A DNA stretch of 59,573 nt, filler included, from Jimgerdemannia flammicorona (taxonomy: Eukaryota), in assembly GCA_003990765.1 (NCBI GenBank). It is 3 parts of 3 records of this genome, joined end to end, with 100 filler letters (N's around TTAATTAATTAA, not from the genome) between each part and the next. Parts side by side here need not be neighbours in the genome. Positions count along the whole stretch, not along the records: positions 19,896 to 39,684 come from RBNJ01001850.1; positions 39,785 to 59,573 come from RBNJ01001851.1; 1 more part is not named here. One strand, given 5' to 3'. Below are positions 36,929 through 51,800 of the stretch, piece after piece. The position numbers were made by a program, and so were the translations under genes. A model generated the notes under the pieces. It saw only the letters and a program-made list of their open reading frames with translations, was not told the DNA's origin and made no database searches. Position 1 is the stretch's first letter. Each line of letters opens with the position of its first letter.

Positions 36929-38700
36929 TTTTTTTTTTTTTTTTTTTTTTTTTTAATTACTTGGACTTCACCTTTATTACCAATTATCATCTAATCTATG
37001 TTATACTAATATAAAGATACTGATGTACCCTTCACCTAATCCCATATGAATTCTTTATCTCTCCTCTTTCCCCCCCATACCTGAGAGTTACCAACTCTCC
37101 AGCAACCCTAACTCTCCCTCTGCTTTTCTTGCAAATATATTCCACAAGTCTCCTGTAGCCTCTCTCTTCAGGTTTCTATCCCCGCTACCACCCATTCAAG
37201 ATATCTATCAATAACTACTCCCATCTTGTGACTCTTACTCCAACTACTAATCACTGATCCTCTTCAAATACATAGAGCCAATATCCAGCAAGTCCAACCC
37301 AAATGACCAGAGCTTGCCTCAAAGTTAGCCACTCATCTCTCACTTCTCTCACTAACCTATGCTGAAGATCACCCCACCTCCCCCCCTCCCCACCCTCTAA
37401 AAATTGTAATCCCAGACAGTTCTTAATGACCTACCAGTAATCTCCCAATACCTCACACTCCCTAAGTCAATGTTCAGGGGTCTGCACTATATCCTCCACT
37501 TGCCCAACATCTAGATACTCCTCATACTCCACTATACTCTCTTCTACTAAGTATCCTAACCAGTAGTTCAGTATGATATTTTGCCTCAAAATCCTCTACC
37601 ATACTATTCAGAACTTGGGAGAGAGCTATCTTGCTATCTGCTTGCCCTAAGACCAGACTCTATTCTAGTCCCACTCTTCACCAATCTACACTCTCTGTCA
37701 TACTTCAGGCCACAAATCCCTATCATGCTCCTGTAGACATTCTATGCTATCTTCTAGCTGAAAATTCTCCACCAGCATGCCTCCTAATAGGAGGTAGTTC
37801 TATCTCCATATCTGCATTCTCTATTCCTCCTCTTCTTCATCACCCCTCTACCAGAGACCAATGCAGTGGGTGCCATCCACCACTCCCCACCAGAATCCCT
37901 TATAGTGTATCTGCTCACTTCCTTCAAGAGCCACCAGGGAGAGCAGGTCACCAGTTGTATTCCAGAGAGAGTACTGAGCTTCCCACACTCTCTGCATAAG
38001 GGGCACTCACTCTTGACCCTACAATTCACTTGCCTGCTACAGCCACCATGTCCTCAGATAGTGCAGATACTTGGTGAAGTCCATCAGGCCAAGCCCACCT
38101 CTGTCTATCAGCAGTGTCAACACCTTCCAGCTGATCTGACTCCTCTATTCTGTCCAGATCTATGATCTGGCCATTTTCAATAGCCTCTTGACCACCCATG
38201 CTGGGAAGTCCAAGTGATACCCAATATATTACAGCCTCTGCAGCCAGTACACATTCAGTACCATTACTCTCACTGCCAGAGAGATATACCCATCTCTCCA
38301 CTTTATGAGAATATTTCTCCAAGCTAATAGTTGCTGCTCCCACTATCCCTGAGGTAGCAGGAAACTATATACTAAAAAATAAATCCCCAAGTAGCAGACT
38401 GTCTCATCAGCTGAGACCACTGTTTTAATCACATTGCCTCCAACTATCTCTCCCCCTAGAACCAGAGTCTTGCATTTATATCAATTGAGCCTAGCATCTG
38501 AATACCCTTCATATCATTCCACCATACTCCTCAGTGCCACCACATCCTTCACAGAGTCCAGCCCAACCACCATATTATCAGCAAAGACTCCCACCTTCCA
38601 GTTTACTCTCAAAATGTCCAAAACTCCAATTCTGTACCAAATCTTATCCAATAAAGACTCCAATGAGAGAGTATAGAAAATTGACAACAGTGGATCTCTG
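36929..38700 (-). mobile_element. 5'-truncated L1/Tx1-like LINE with poly(A) tail
   Basis: T-tract 36929-36954; RT remnant DPLLSIFYTLSLE...VFADNMVVGL at ~38560-38700; similar to 20000-21510. Confidence 0.82.
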
Positions 38701-38734
38701 ATCTTTCACTGGTAACATTCAGGTGATACAAGAC

Positions 38735-39684
38735 TCAGGCAATACTTTTGACAATGTTTTTGATGAAAGGTAACTAGTAACATAGACAGCAATGAATGTA
38801 CTGATGTGTATACTAGGTTGGGTGGACCTAGGGCCTTCAACTGGCAGCAGGTCAGACAAGGGTATAGACTTGGGATGGGTTCTTTTGGTAGTCCAAGTGG
38901 GCAGAGCAGCTCTGAAAGTAGAAGCAGCACTAGTGGTGGGGCTGGAGAGCAGAAGGAGAGGAGCTTTGCAGACATGCTGCAGGCTGGAGGCTGGCCAATG
39001 GGAGTTTGTAGTGGGCAGGCAGAAGGGAAGGAGAAGCAGAAGGTGGGAGATGCTGGAGGTGCTGAACCTTAGCAGATGGGAGGCAGGGCTAGGGAAGTAG
39101 CTGCTAGAAGTAGTGGCAGGACTTCAACTGTGAGGAGTGCCACAATATAGAACAGGAGGGGGGTTTTGTGCAGATACCTGAATATTGGCTTGGGGAATGT
39201 GAGGTGCTGAGTGACTTTTGGTTGGCAGTTGGTGAGCAACTTAGTGTAGCGCATAGGGGAGATAGTGAGTGGGGTCAGTGGGAGGGTTTGAGGGATAGAT
39301 TGGTAGGGGAGGTGGGAAATGAATGGCTCACCTTAGGGTGGGTTTTGGCAGTTTGGGAGGGGTTAGCTGGTCACTAGTTGTTTGTTTTCGAAGATGGGAG
39401 GAGCTTGAGTTTGGGGGCATGGGTTTTGCAGTAGCAGGGGTTGATGGAGGATATAATGACAGGCTGATGGCAAGGCTGGAGTATGCAGGGTGGTCAGAGG
39501 TGTCAATTGGTGGAGAAAATTTGCCAGAAGAGTAGGGGGAGAATGAGGGTAGTAGATGGGAGAGTAGTACTTATCTGGGAGAGTATGGGGGGAGACCCCC
39601 CTGTGGGGATTGGGTAGTGTGAGAGATGCATGGAATTATTAATAGACTAGTAATAAATGGAGAAGTCTGCATGACTATAAAAAA
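38735..39684 (+). mobile_element. Internally deleted LINE derivative (5' end fused to 3' end)
   Basis: ~38790-39125 matches the ORF1 start (25430-25100, minus); ~39130-39540 matches the ORF2 3' end (20340-19940, minus). Runs into A's at the gap. Confidence 0.78.
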
Positions 39685-39784
39685 NNNNNNNNNNNNNNNN
39701 NNNNNNNNNNNNNNNNNNNNNNNNNNNNTTAATTAATTAANNNNNNNNNNNNNNNNNNNNNNNNNNNNNNNNNNNNNNNNNNNN
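39685..39784. other. Scaffold gap with artificial TTAATTAATTAA spacer
   Basis: Same design as 19796-19895. Confidence 0.97.
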
Positions 39785-40341
39785 TTTTTTTTGTTTGTTT
39801 ATTGTGCTGTCATCATTATATCCTATTCCCACCTATGAAACGTTTGCTTTGTTTGTCGGGCTGATTCCTCGTTTTCGGTGTCCCGTCGACTGTGAAGGAC
39901 GTCTCCCTCCTCTCCTCTCTTCTTCTACCCGCTTCCGCCTTTATGTTCGTGCGGTGTGCCTTAGATGACATTCGATACAAGAATAAAAAAACCTCCGAAC
40001 AGCGTATTGGGAATCGTTAGCGAGTTTGGGCTCTTTGTACTCCTGAATCGTTCAAGTCAATTCGTTGACGACCGACTGGGTTTGAAAAATCAATTTGATA
40101 CACTTGACGTGGTGACACCTTGGAGTCAGTGTCGATCAACTGGATGGACGATTGTCAGTGTCAAGGAGGTCAAAGTTGGATGGTTGGATGACATGTCACC
40201 CTCTTCGCATCGGAATGTGAATCTTTGATTGATTGCAGCTGTGTGACTTTGACTTTATATCACGTGGCAGAGAACGTAAGTTCAGAACACGTCCTATCCT
40301 ATTCAACCTCTTGAACCTTTCCCACCACTCCGTCAAGTCAA

Positions 40342-41138
40342 ATGTCCGATAGAAAGCATAACGCAACTAGCACTGGGGGCCTATTGACCCCCGTCGCACC
40401 CAAACATTCAACCACCACTGAACTTCCCTTCGCACTTCTTACTGGCGTGGCCCTCGGGCTCGGTGCCGTTTTCATAAAGCTGTTCACGGACACGGCGAGG
40501 ACGGACGCCGGGGGGTTGCGCATTTGCATGGCGGTTCAGCTGTGCAAGGGCGGGGACCGGCCAGAGGACGAGCCAGGACTGGTTAGTACCATCGCGAACT
40601 GTATGAGCTCGGGGGACGGGGGAGAGGGCCACACGTCGTGAACACGCTAACCCCTACGCACGCAATGCAAATACGCCTCTCCCGCAGGCTCTCCGCTCCG
40701 CCCGCCTGCTCTTTTGCGCCGTATGCATCGCCCTCTTCATCGCGTGTCATTTTATGGCGAACCGCCTCGTGGGGAGGGTCCACGTCCGGAACACGAGCCC
40801 CGCGCACGTCGCTGCGCTCTTCGTCGCCGTGAATGTGAGTGTCTTTGGCGTGATGGTACGTACATTTATCTAGCGCGCTCGCCATGCCGTTGGTTGACGA
40901 TTGTGCCCAACGCGATCGAGCTAATCCGTGCTCCATTGTATCTTTGGCTAATATAATCCCCCCCCCACTCACAAAGACCATCCTCTGGAGCAAGCTCTTC
41001 AGCGACGAGCCGTCGAACCTGAGGTGGCGCTACGCGGGATTCATGACCGCCTTCGTGCTCGTTGGTCAGATATTCGGAGAGATGACGGAAGCGTACCTGG
41101 TGGCGTGGAACAAGAGGCAGAGGCCCCGGACGTTCTGA
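40342..41138 (+). CDS. TMEM42-like small multipass membrane protein, 3 exons, ~189 aa
   Basis: Exons 40342-40581, 40688-40855, 40977-41138 (GT-AG, phase 0, gctaac/gctaat branch sites). FALLTGVALGLGAVFIKLFTD and LFSDEPSNLRW resemble the TMEM42/DMT family (from recall, not a search). Confidence 0.65.
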
Positions 41139-43767
41139 TGGCCGGAACGGTTACTCTTGAACCTCTCGGAGACCCTTGGTTGTGTTGTTGACGACCAATG
41201 TCGGCACGTTTGCGCAGAAAACGATAGGTGTCGGAGGTTACTTTTTTTTTTTTTGTTTTTTTTTTTTTTTGTGAAAACACGCTTTAGAGCCCGCTCAATA
41301 CTTGTTTGTGCGTTTGCCCTGTAAATTTTTTATTTTTCTTTTTGAACGATATCTCGTATCTTGGTCTTCAAAAGGTTTGCGTTCTGTAAAATAAATTCCG
41401 CATATACCAGTATTCAATAACCGAAGTACGATGCAAAAGGCCAGAGATTAACCGTACCCACAAATCCTTCAAACCCGCACACGCATGACCTCAATAATAA
41501 CAACGTGGTTCATGATTAAGTTGATGAAATTCTTCCCGACGACGCTTACAAGTTACAAAGCCCCAAATTGATTGGGAGGAAAATCAATAGGAAATGATTT
41601 GATATGCCGTACTGTTAGAGGTCTTTTGACTAATGTTGACTAATAGTATTATTGGCTATTAATGGTCAATGAAATTAATTATTGGGGTTTTCAGCTGAAC
41701 AGAGTATGTATAAAGTAACTGGGAGCTCAATTTACACTATATGAATAAAGCACATAAAAGCTCAACATTCAGATAAAATGGAATTGAGTATAGTATAAAG
41801 TAAAATTGATATTCCAGCTATAGTAAGTAGATGTTCTCCCTCTTATTTTAGTATAGATTTGAAAATATATCTTTCACACATCTGAAGTTTTTCTTCTTTT
41901 TTTCTGAAAAACAATTTAGCTATATATATATCATACTGGAGTTTCAAAATCAACTTATTTGCTGAATTATATGTGAAGACCAACCATTTACAACTATTGA
42001 GAGCTCTTTATTATAAAGTCTCTTTAGTTTTATCAAGTCTGATTTATATACTCCAAGTGCTGATACTATTTATAATAATATATATTATAGAGATTTATAA
42101 AAAAGAGTATAATAATCTCTATCAAAACTTCAGATAGATATTATCAGTAATATTAGAGATATTGTTGAATTAAACATAGTTATTAACTATATATATTTCA
42201 AAATTTACTATAGAGTACATATAATAAATAAAATTTTATTTATAATTGATATCTAGACATCTTTTAATATTATTTCATTTCTCAGTATTATTGGATATTA
42301 GATTGATATTAACTAGTAGCTTCAAATCTTTATTCTTAACTTTATAAAACTTGAGAGTTCTTATTCTAGAAAAAATATGGCAGAAGTATTTATAAACTAT
42401 ATTCAGAAGCTTGATATTATATATAACTAAAGTATGAGAGATTTTGATTTTTAGACTAATATTAAAAGAGAATAAAAAGAAAAAATATAATTTTTACTTT
42501 TAATTATTAACTGCTTTCTATATAATTTTATATATTAAAAGTGGAGAAGGAGGGTCTAGCAGAAGCCAGAGGAGTGAACCCAGAGCTAGTGTCAAAGTAA
42601 ATAAAAGACATATAAAAGAGTATATATAAGAGAGATGAATAAAGAATATAATCAAAAATGCATCAGCTATTTATTGCTATATAAAAATACAGTTCTTATA
42701 TATAAAATATGATATCCTAAAAGAGAGGATATGCCACAACTCAGGGCAAACTAAATTAGGAACCACATAACTGCTGGAGATAAGTGGAGATAAAAAAGAA
42801 GCCAATCTCAGTTACAGGATAAAAATCACAAATAAACATAAATAAAACAAATCCAAATCAAGATTAAAAAACATCTGCAGACCTTAGAGAGATGAGTGTA
42901 AGTGAGGGGTGAGGCCAAAATAGAGTGAGCTATAGTGAGTCTGAGTGAAGTGAGGGGCCAAAGGTAGTAAAGGGGAGCAGAGTAAGGCCAAGACCCTGGA
43001 GCAAGCGCAAGACTCTGGAAGGGGCAAGGATGTTTTTTAATTCTCTCCAGCAGAGCCAGAGGTACCAGAAGGTAATGAAAATGTAAAATGAGAGTGATAA
43101 ATTAATGAGAAAATAGAAGAAAGATACAAATGAGTAATCAGAGAGTATCAAGAAAGAGATGAAAGTCTATAATATAAAAGAGAAGAGCACAGGACAGTGT
43201 CAGGACATTGAGTGATCCAGCGAGCATAATCAAATGGTATAATAAGAATTAGGAGTGAGAATGAAGAGAGGATATAGAGAGGGTAAGGGGGGAGGAAGAG
43301 AAGGAAAGAAGAGTAAAGAGGAGAGAAGAGAGAAGAGTAAACAACAGACTATTTAATAGAAGCAAGCAGATCACAAATAATAGAAATTGGGTAGACATGA
43401 TGATGGACTACAAAGTTGCCAAGAACCCAAACAGCAGACACCCAATCAGAATGATAGAAGCAGCATAATACAAGATAACAAACCTTATCACAAATATATT
43501 CAAAAAGAGTGCAATAAGAATGATTGAAAAGGAAGTCAGGGAACTGTTGTAAATGAGGAAAACAAGAATAGACAATAGTTTAGAAGGGAGAAAGAGAAAT
43601 AAAAAGGTCCAAAAAGGGAATACTAGTCATACTATATACCTAGGTAATGGAATAGTGTCAAGAGCACAATGAAAATGTGTAAGACAAGCTGGATTGGTAA
43701 AGGAGAATTATGAGGGAGTTGTAGGAAAAACAAAGTGAGGACCCAAAGATAAGGCAAAGACTTGAAG

Positions 43768-45816
43768 TATAAGTATACAACCTCTAAGCCACTAAAATCA
43801 CATGATACCCTCTGAACAAGCCACTGAAATCACATGTGACCTCTAAACAAATCTGGAAATTATCTGCAAGATCATGAAGCTGAGTCAAACTGAAGTCACA
43901 GCACACAAAACTAAGTCAATATGAAGTCACAAAACACAAGACTTATATAAATGAAATCTTATCAATCAGGACCAAATGTATATATACTGAGCACCAAGAT
44001 ATGTCAAAACAGAGAATCAAAACACAACAACCACAACTTCTGAACATATACAAACATGACTACTGAGATCTATAACTGCATCCATGCTGACATTTGGAAT
44101 GCTATTGTCAACCAAGCCACACCTTCTCTGCCTCTCATGAATGTCCATAGCCTAGCACCCCTCTACTTTGTGGAAGCCTGATGGAATGCCCTGAACATAC
44201 TTAGCAAGGCCCACCAAATTGGACAAATCTCAAGCTACTACCAGATCAGCTACCTCCTAGAAGATATGGTTGAACACCACCATGACACAGATATTATTCA
44301 GATGTCTCAACACCAGAAGCTCATTGCCTGTAAATATCGAGAACTCTTCTATAAGTATAGCATCTTTATTCCCCATCTCTAAGTTACTATCAGTAAAATA
44401 GTCACCACTCTATCCTATAGCCAAATCGATGATATGATTCAAAAACTCAATCACAAGTATCTCAAATATGTTTAGACCATAGATAGAACCTTCCCACACC
44501 CCAATGACCATATCCTGCAAATGCCTCAAGTCAGATATACTATGAAAGACATCTATAATATAATCTGATTTGATGAAGATGAAGCAGAAGACAATGATCC
44601 CTCTGATGCCAACATGACCTCAAGCCAAGGATCTCTGCCAACTCTGATCACTCTGCCAACCTTGCCAATGAACTTACAATAGTTCATAACCACCTATGAG
44701 ACCTATTGGGACAATGACCACTGACACAAATACTAATCTGCATTCACTCCTGATTACTTCAACTATAATGAAGAGACCAGAGAACACAACCTATACCTCC
44801 AAACAACCCTCAAGATCAAATCAACCACTCCACCACCCAAGTATGAGTAACATGAACCACAACTACCAGCTTACTACAACTCTGTGACTCATAGTGCTGT
44901 AACCTATAGAAAGTATGCAGATAGCAAATCTGATAAAAGTGAAGATGATGTATCACTCCTTTGCCCACTAATATTTTACCCAGCATACAAGACAGATTAT
45001 GCTATTCTGTAGGATGGTGATGAAGTCCCAATGTATTATTACCTCAGCAAACAAAGAGAGTTAATCTGTGAGTAACTCTTCCTAGACAAATACTTCATTA
45101 GAGATGAAGTCATTGATGGTAATATCATCAAAGACTACCCCAATAGTATCTAAATCTATAGATAGCTTAGCAGTCATAGTATAGTTAAATTAGCCTTGTA
45201 TAATATGACTGTAAACTGACTCAGCAGTCAGATGATCTCTTGATATATCAGATCACACTTATACTATATGACTGCATTCCAACTCAGCAAAGTACTAAAT
45301 ACTACATCTATATCTAGCATAGTCCAGATAGCCTCTCACTAGTATAAATACCCCCTTTCTCAGATCTCAGAATCTCAGACTTAAACAGACTTGAACACTT
45401 CTCCACAATATCTCTTCACATAACTACTCCTAGTATAGCAATATTATGAATAGTGAATAAACCTATTTAATAACCCACAAACTACTCTTAAGTAAATCTG
45501 CTCCCCATTAGGTCCCACTCCTAACCCCATCACAAAATTTCCTAATTGGATATTGTCTGCAGCAATATATCAATTCAACTAAGCTAGTCTTAGTTTCTTA
45601 AACTTTCTGAAATATGGAAAATCCTGAACATCCAGAACTAGTCTAAAAAAGGACTTTGATTGAGACATCAATCCAATCTTGAAATCAATAAGTGTAAAGG
45701 ATATCCATATGAAATTGACCTTGACCTTAAGAAAACAGTCTTCCAGAATATCCAGAACTTCTAGAAAACCCTTCCAGAACTACATAATGGTTACTCTAAA
45801 AAGCAACCCTCTTATA
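43768..45816 (+). repeat. 5' LTR of A2 (2049 bp), contains accessory ORF 44056-45153
   Basis: tataag...cttata termini (mutated TGTAAG/CTTACA); TATA ~45343; aataaa ~45456. Confidence 0.95.
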
Positions 45817-45839
45817 ACTTGGTAGTAGCAGTTTACAAT

Positions 45840-48800
45840 CTAATTCTGCTTCAAGATACTTCCTCACTTCACTATAAACCTCTCTGAGAATTCCTACAAG
45901 TTAACTATCAGATAATCTGAAAAGAATTGAACCTGATGTATAAGGACAATTTGACCTCCACACCTACAATAAGTGGGACAAACTTCATTCAAAGAAAGAA
46001 ATACTTCAGTTAAATCAGCAAATAGGTGAAACTCTATTCACTGAACTCCTTACTCTACATCCAGCAAGTCAAGATGAAGAAGGTCTTATTGAAGCCTTCT
46101 TTACTCTTCTCAATAAGAGTTTTGTCAGCTCCACAAATCCAAGCAACCTAGGACAACTATCAGCAGTCTTTCTAGCCTTAGTCTCTCACAAAGCCCAAGT
46201 CTCTGTAGCTAAGTAGCTCAACTCTACTGACTTTCACCATACTAGAACCAAGACTGTATTATACTACTAATTCCAGAATTATAAGGCCTACCATATTCTT
46301 AAAGAAGAAGCAAGAGAAACTCTTCATCAACAGCCCAACTCTAAACCTGAAGCAGGCCCTGCTACAGCTCTATCTAAACCTGAAACCAATACTGAACCAG
46401 AACTTGACTTTGAATTAAGTCCATCTGAAATCAGATATACAACTGATTCTGTCTACTTCAATGCTGAGCAAACCCAACTATACAGGGACCAAACTGAAGA
46501 AGAGGAGGAGTATCTCAGTGAATTCGATCCTGGATACACTACCAAAGGAGATGCATCTCCATCAGGACAGAACACACCTATATAGCAATAAACAGCTATC
46601 TATTGAGCCCTTACTCCAGACCCACAACTACTACTCCAGCAACTTATACAGACCCAAAGAACTCCATCACACTCTGCACCAGTACCTTAAGTAGTACTAG
46701 TAACACCACTACTAATAGTCCAATCATCTCCAGTAAATAACATGGTGAACCAATAGATTCTAGACCTCACAGCTCAGGTAGTGATAATGGTAGCAACCAT
46801 TACTGTCTTAGCTGAACAGATCAGATCTACCAAAAATCTGAGCCTACCTACCTTCAATGATACTGTACAAGAAGTCCAAAGCTTCATAAGTGTAGTTGAT
46901 ATCAACTTCGAAGCCAATTAATGGACCAACAAGTGAGTTGCTAACTGCCTTCTGACAAACAATTAAGACTACACTCTGGAACAACTCTTTGCTATAACTA
47001 TAGTCTATGTCCACTGAGTTATTACATTCTTCTGAGAACCTACTAAAGAATGGTAGTGAACTCTCCCTAAAAAACCCCTCACATAGGACATCCAACCTGT
47101 AGTAGTTACTCAGAATACAGCAAATAATGCCCCAGGATATGGAGCCCACCCTATAGCCCCTGGACTCAAACAACTCATAATTGCTCAATACTACAGTGAA
47201 ACTATGATTGCTGAATCTCGAGTAAAACTCTGCAATCTCAAATTTGATATATATATAGTAAAGAAGAATTTGAAACCTTCTGTACAAAACTTGAGTCACT
47301 CCTGAATACTATTGGCCTAGGATATATTACCAATGATGAAGCACAAAATAGTATAAGAGCAGACCATTTATTCAATGTACTGCCTGAATGACTTACTAGA
47401 AAAATCCAAGAACAAGGCTGCCCAGTTGGTTGTGACCACCAATAATGGTACCTGGCAAGAATCAAGACTATGGTCAAGTGAATCCTAACAGCTGGACCAA
47501 TTCTGCCCCAAAGACAATTCAATAACAAGGAAAAGACTTGGATCAAGAAAGAAGAACCCAAGCATGAAGCATCTCAAGCCCCCTCTACATCCACCTCTTG
47601 GACACCCAGAAATCATGAATCCACCCAGCCAAGTATCTTTAAGAAACTCATCAAAGGAGAAAGGAATAAACTTCAAAGTGGAGCATACTTCTACTGCTAA
47701 AAGACAGGATACATGGCCAGTGCCTGCCCTAACCAAAAACCCTGAACAGCAATATGAGCAACTATTACTACTATGCACCACCTTAATAATCTGACTACCA
47801 GAACACTAGACTTTGTCAAGTTAAGACAAACTGCTAAGGCCCTAACTAAAGGAAGTCAAAAGACAGCTGGATATGATCTGTATGCAGCTGAAGAAGCTAT
47901 AGTTTCCAACCAAGAAGTTAAGCAAGTCTATACAGGAATCAGTATCCAAATTCCTGAAGAACATATTGGAAGAATATGTTGTTGCAGCAGCCTAGTATTA
48001 AAAGGACTCTCAGTAGAAGGAGGAGTCATTGATAAAGATTATATAGGCGAAATTATTATCCTTATCTAAAACCACAGTTGGACACTCTTCAAGATTCCCA
48101 TTAGTTTCTATATTGCCCAAATCCTATTTGAAAAAATCAAGTCAACCCTGACAGTCAAGGAAGTCTCTGAACTACTGCCCACTATCCAAGGATCTAAAGA
48201 ATTTGGCTCATCAAATAAGGTCCCAGCCCAACCTACTGTGAATAAAGAGAATAATTCTACAAAAAAATCAAAGATGAATATATACTAAGTGACTGATACC
48301 TCTATAGTATTGGAATATAATTTTCCTAAATGATTGATGATTGCTTTGCTTATGTCAATGAACTGGCTTAAAGAAGAACCAATAGAAGGAAAGCTCTTAC
48401 AACCAAAATTACCACTATTAGATCAGACAAACTGCTTACACTTCAAGCTTTTGTTAACTGAGCACCTATTAAGATTATGATAGACAGTAGTACCTCAGGC
48501 AACTTCATCAATAAAGAAACAGCCAACAGACTCAAGATCTTCACCTCTCTAGTACAACAGACTCAAGTGGTAGCCACAGCCAATGGAACCTCACATGTTA
48601 TTAATAAGGAAGTCTGCAACCTACCCTTCCGAATTGGTGACTACTGAGTATATGTTACTCTCCAGATCATACCACTTCTGGACAATGAAATCATCCTTAA
48701 AACTCCATGGTTAAAACAAGAAAACCCCATGATCGATTAGATAAACTATTCTCTAACTATCAAGAAAGGATGCCACAACTTCAAACTGCAAGGTGAAAAG

Positions 48801-51800
48801 GACCCACTTAGTTCTAGTGACCCTGAACCAAAGATCACTCACATTAACAAGCTACAACTCAAGAAATTGGCCAAGAAATGTTCTCTCTTTGCTATCTCTA
48901 TCTGCCCATCCAAAGAAGAACCCAAGAACTCTGAAGAAGACTTTTCCAAAGTTGACAGCCATATCAGACCACTACTCCAGAAATTCCAAGACATATTTCC
49001 AAAAAAGCTTCCAAAAGGCCTACCTTCTAAATGAGCAATAGACCATACCATCAAGACCATCCCAGATGCCAAGCCAGCCTTCAAGTCAATCTACTACATG
49101 TCTCTAAGAGAAATTAATGTACTCAAGAAGGAAATTGATGAACTTCTAGAATAAGGATTCATCAGACCCAGTGCATCACCCTATGGTGCACCAGTCCTCT
49201 TTGTTGTAAAGAAAGGAGAAGACCTATGAATGTACATTGATTACTGTGGCCTCAATGAACAGACCATCAAGAACTGCTGCCTACTACCTAGAATCGATGA
49301 AATATTCGATAGACTCACCAACCTGCAATCCATGAGCTCTTTTGATCTGTGAAATAGTTATTGGCAAATTGCTATGAAAGAAGAAGATATCTATAAGACA
49401 GCCTTCCAAACTTGCTATGGACACTTTGAGTTTCTAGTTATACTTTTCAGCTTAACTAATGCTCCTGCAATCTTCTAGATACTGATGAATACTATCCTAC
49501 ACTCATACCTGGACAAATTTGTTGTTGTCTATATTGATGATATCCTAGTCTTTAGCAAAACCCTGGAGGAATATCTTAAATACCTTGAACTAGTACTACT
49601 GAAACTCCAAGAAAACTGACTCTTTGCAAAACTCAGTAAGTGCAAATTTCTCCTGAAAGAAATCCAATTTCTTGGATATATTGTTATATCAAATGGAATT
49701 AAGATAGACCCTAGCAAAATTTCTGCAATCAAGGACTGGCCCAGACCTAAGAAGCTGAAGGACCTATAGTTATTCCTAGGATTAGCAAATTATTACAGAT
49801 GATTTGTTGCTAACTTTGCCAAAATCGCTACTGCCCTTACCCAAATGATCAAGCACAACAAGAAAGGAGAATAGCTCTGGACCATGAAATAAGAGAAAGA
49901 CTTCAACAATCTTATAAATTGGGAACCCAAACAAGATACAGCCTTTCAAACACTGAAAGATACCTTGATAACTACTCTAGTACTTCAAGTAGCAAATTCT
50001 GCTCTACCTTATGAAGTCACTACTGATGTCTCTGACCTAGCTCTTGGAGCAGTACTCATGCAAGAAGGACACCCAGTTATCTATTACTCCCACAAATTCA
50101 ATGATGCTGAAATCAACTACATAACCTATGAGAAGGAAATGCTAGCTATTATAGACACTCTGATCAAATAGTGACTATATCTAGAAGGAGCACACTTCAC
50201 TGTATTGACCAACCACAAGTCATTAGTCAACATCAAGACACAGGCTACCCTTTCTCAAAAGCAAGCCAGATGGATGAAAGTTCTCACCAACTTTAACTAT
50301 AAAATCCAGTATCACCCTAATAAAAAAAACATTATTGCCAATGTAATCTCCAGACCACCCATTGAAGAAGTTATTCAAGCTCTCACCTTGGTTACAAACT
50401 CTATCATAGAACAAATTATCACAGTATGTGCCAATGATAAGGAAGCTCAAGCACTCCAAGAAATCCTGAATAGTGACAATGTTAACAAGTATACCTGGTA
50501 CCATCAATACCAACTCAAGGACAATGCTATCTACTATAAGGACAGACTATGTCCTAAACAACTGAGACCTCTAAAGGACTATCCTATTCAAATGTTATGA
50601 TGCCCCTATAGCTGGATATTTAGGATTTGAAAAATGCTATGAAGTTATCTTCTGAAACTTCTATTGGCCCCATATAGCAGATTAGTTAAAGACCTACATC
50701 ACTTCCTGTGATATCTGCCAATGGAACAAGTCCTCAATACTAGCAAAACCTGGCTTACTCCACCCTATCCCAGTACCATCCACTAATTGGGAATAAATCT
50801 CTATAGACTTTATTATACAACTACCCTGAACCAAGAATGGAAAAGATACAATTATTGTCTTTGTGGACTATCTCAGTAAACAAGCCTACTTTGTACCAAC
50901 TACCACTACTGCAACAGCACCAGACATAGCTATACTCTTGTTTGACAACATCTTTTGCTATCATGGTCTTCCTAAGATCATTGTTAGTGACCAAGACCCG
51001 AAATTTACTAGCCATTTTTGGAAAGCCCTCTATGCATACCTTGGAATGAAACTTGCACTATCCACAGCCTTTTACCCTGAAACTGATGGCCAAACCAAAA
51101 GAATGAACTGAACTCTGGAACAAATGCTAAGGAACTATGTTTTCTACAGACAAGATGATTGGCATAAATACCTTACTGCAGTCAAGTTTGCCTATAATAA
51201 CAGTAAGCAAGTCTCTCTTAGAATGACCCTATTCTTTGCCAACACTAGACAAAACCCAAACACCTCTCTGATACTTATCTGAACTACTGATGAACTCTCT
51301 ACAGTTGAAGCTGTTGAAGAATTCTTACTCCAAATATACAATCTAAGCCAGATTGTAATTGAGAACTTATCATGAGCTCAAGAACAACAGTTACAGTATG
51401 TCAATCAACACTACCAAGAAGAGACTTTTGATATTGAAGAAAAAGTTCTACTGGACATCCGAAGATACTGAGTTGATAATCTCAAGCACAGACCATCCAC
51501 AAAACTGAACAGCAAATTCATTGGACTATTTGAAGTTATCTCACAAGTCTCTCCAACCTCCTACAAATTAGTACTACCAGATACTATTAAGATTCACCCA
51601 GTTTTCAATATTCAATGTCTCAAGCAATATAATGAAAATAATGACAAACTATTCCCAAACTGGACTACTGAACCACCTGCACTCATCATTATTAATGACC
51701 AAGAAGAGTATGAAGTTGAACAAATCCTCAACAAACATAGCAACAAGAACCATTCTGAGTACCTTGTCAAATGGAAAGGTTACCTAATCTACAATACAAC

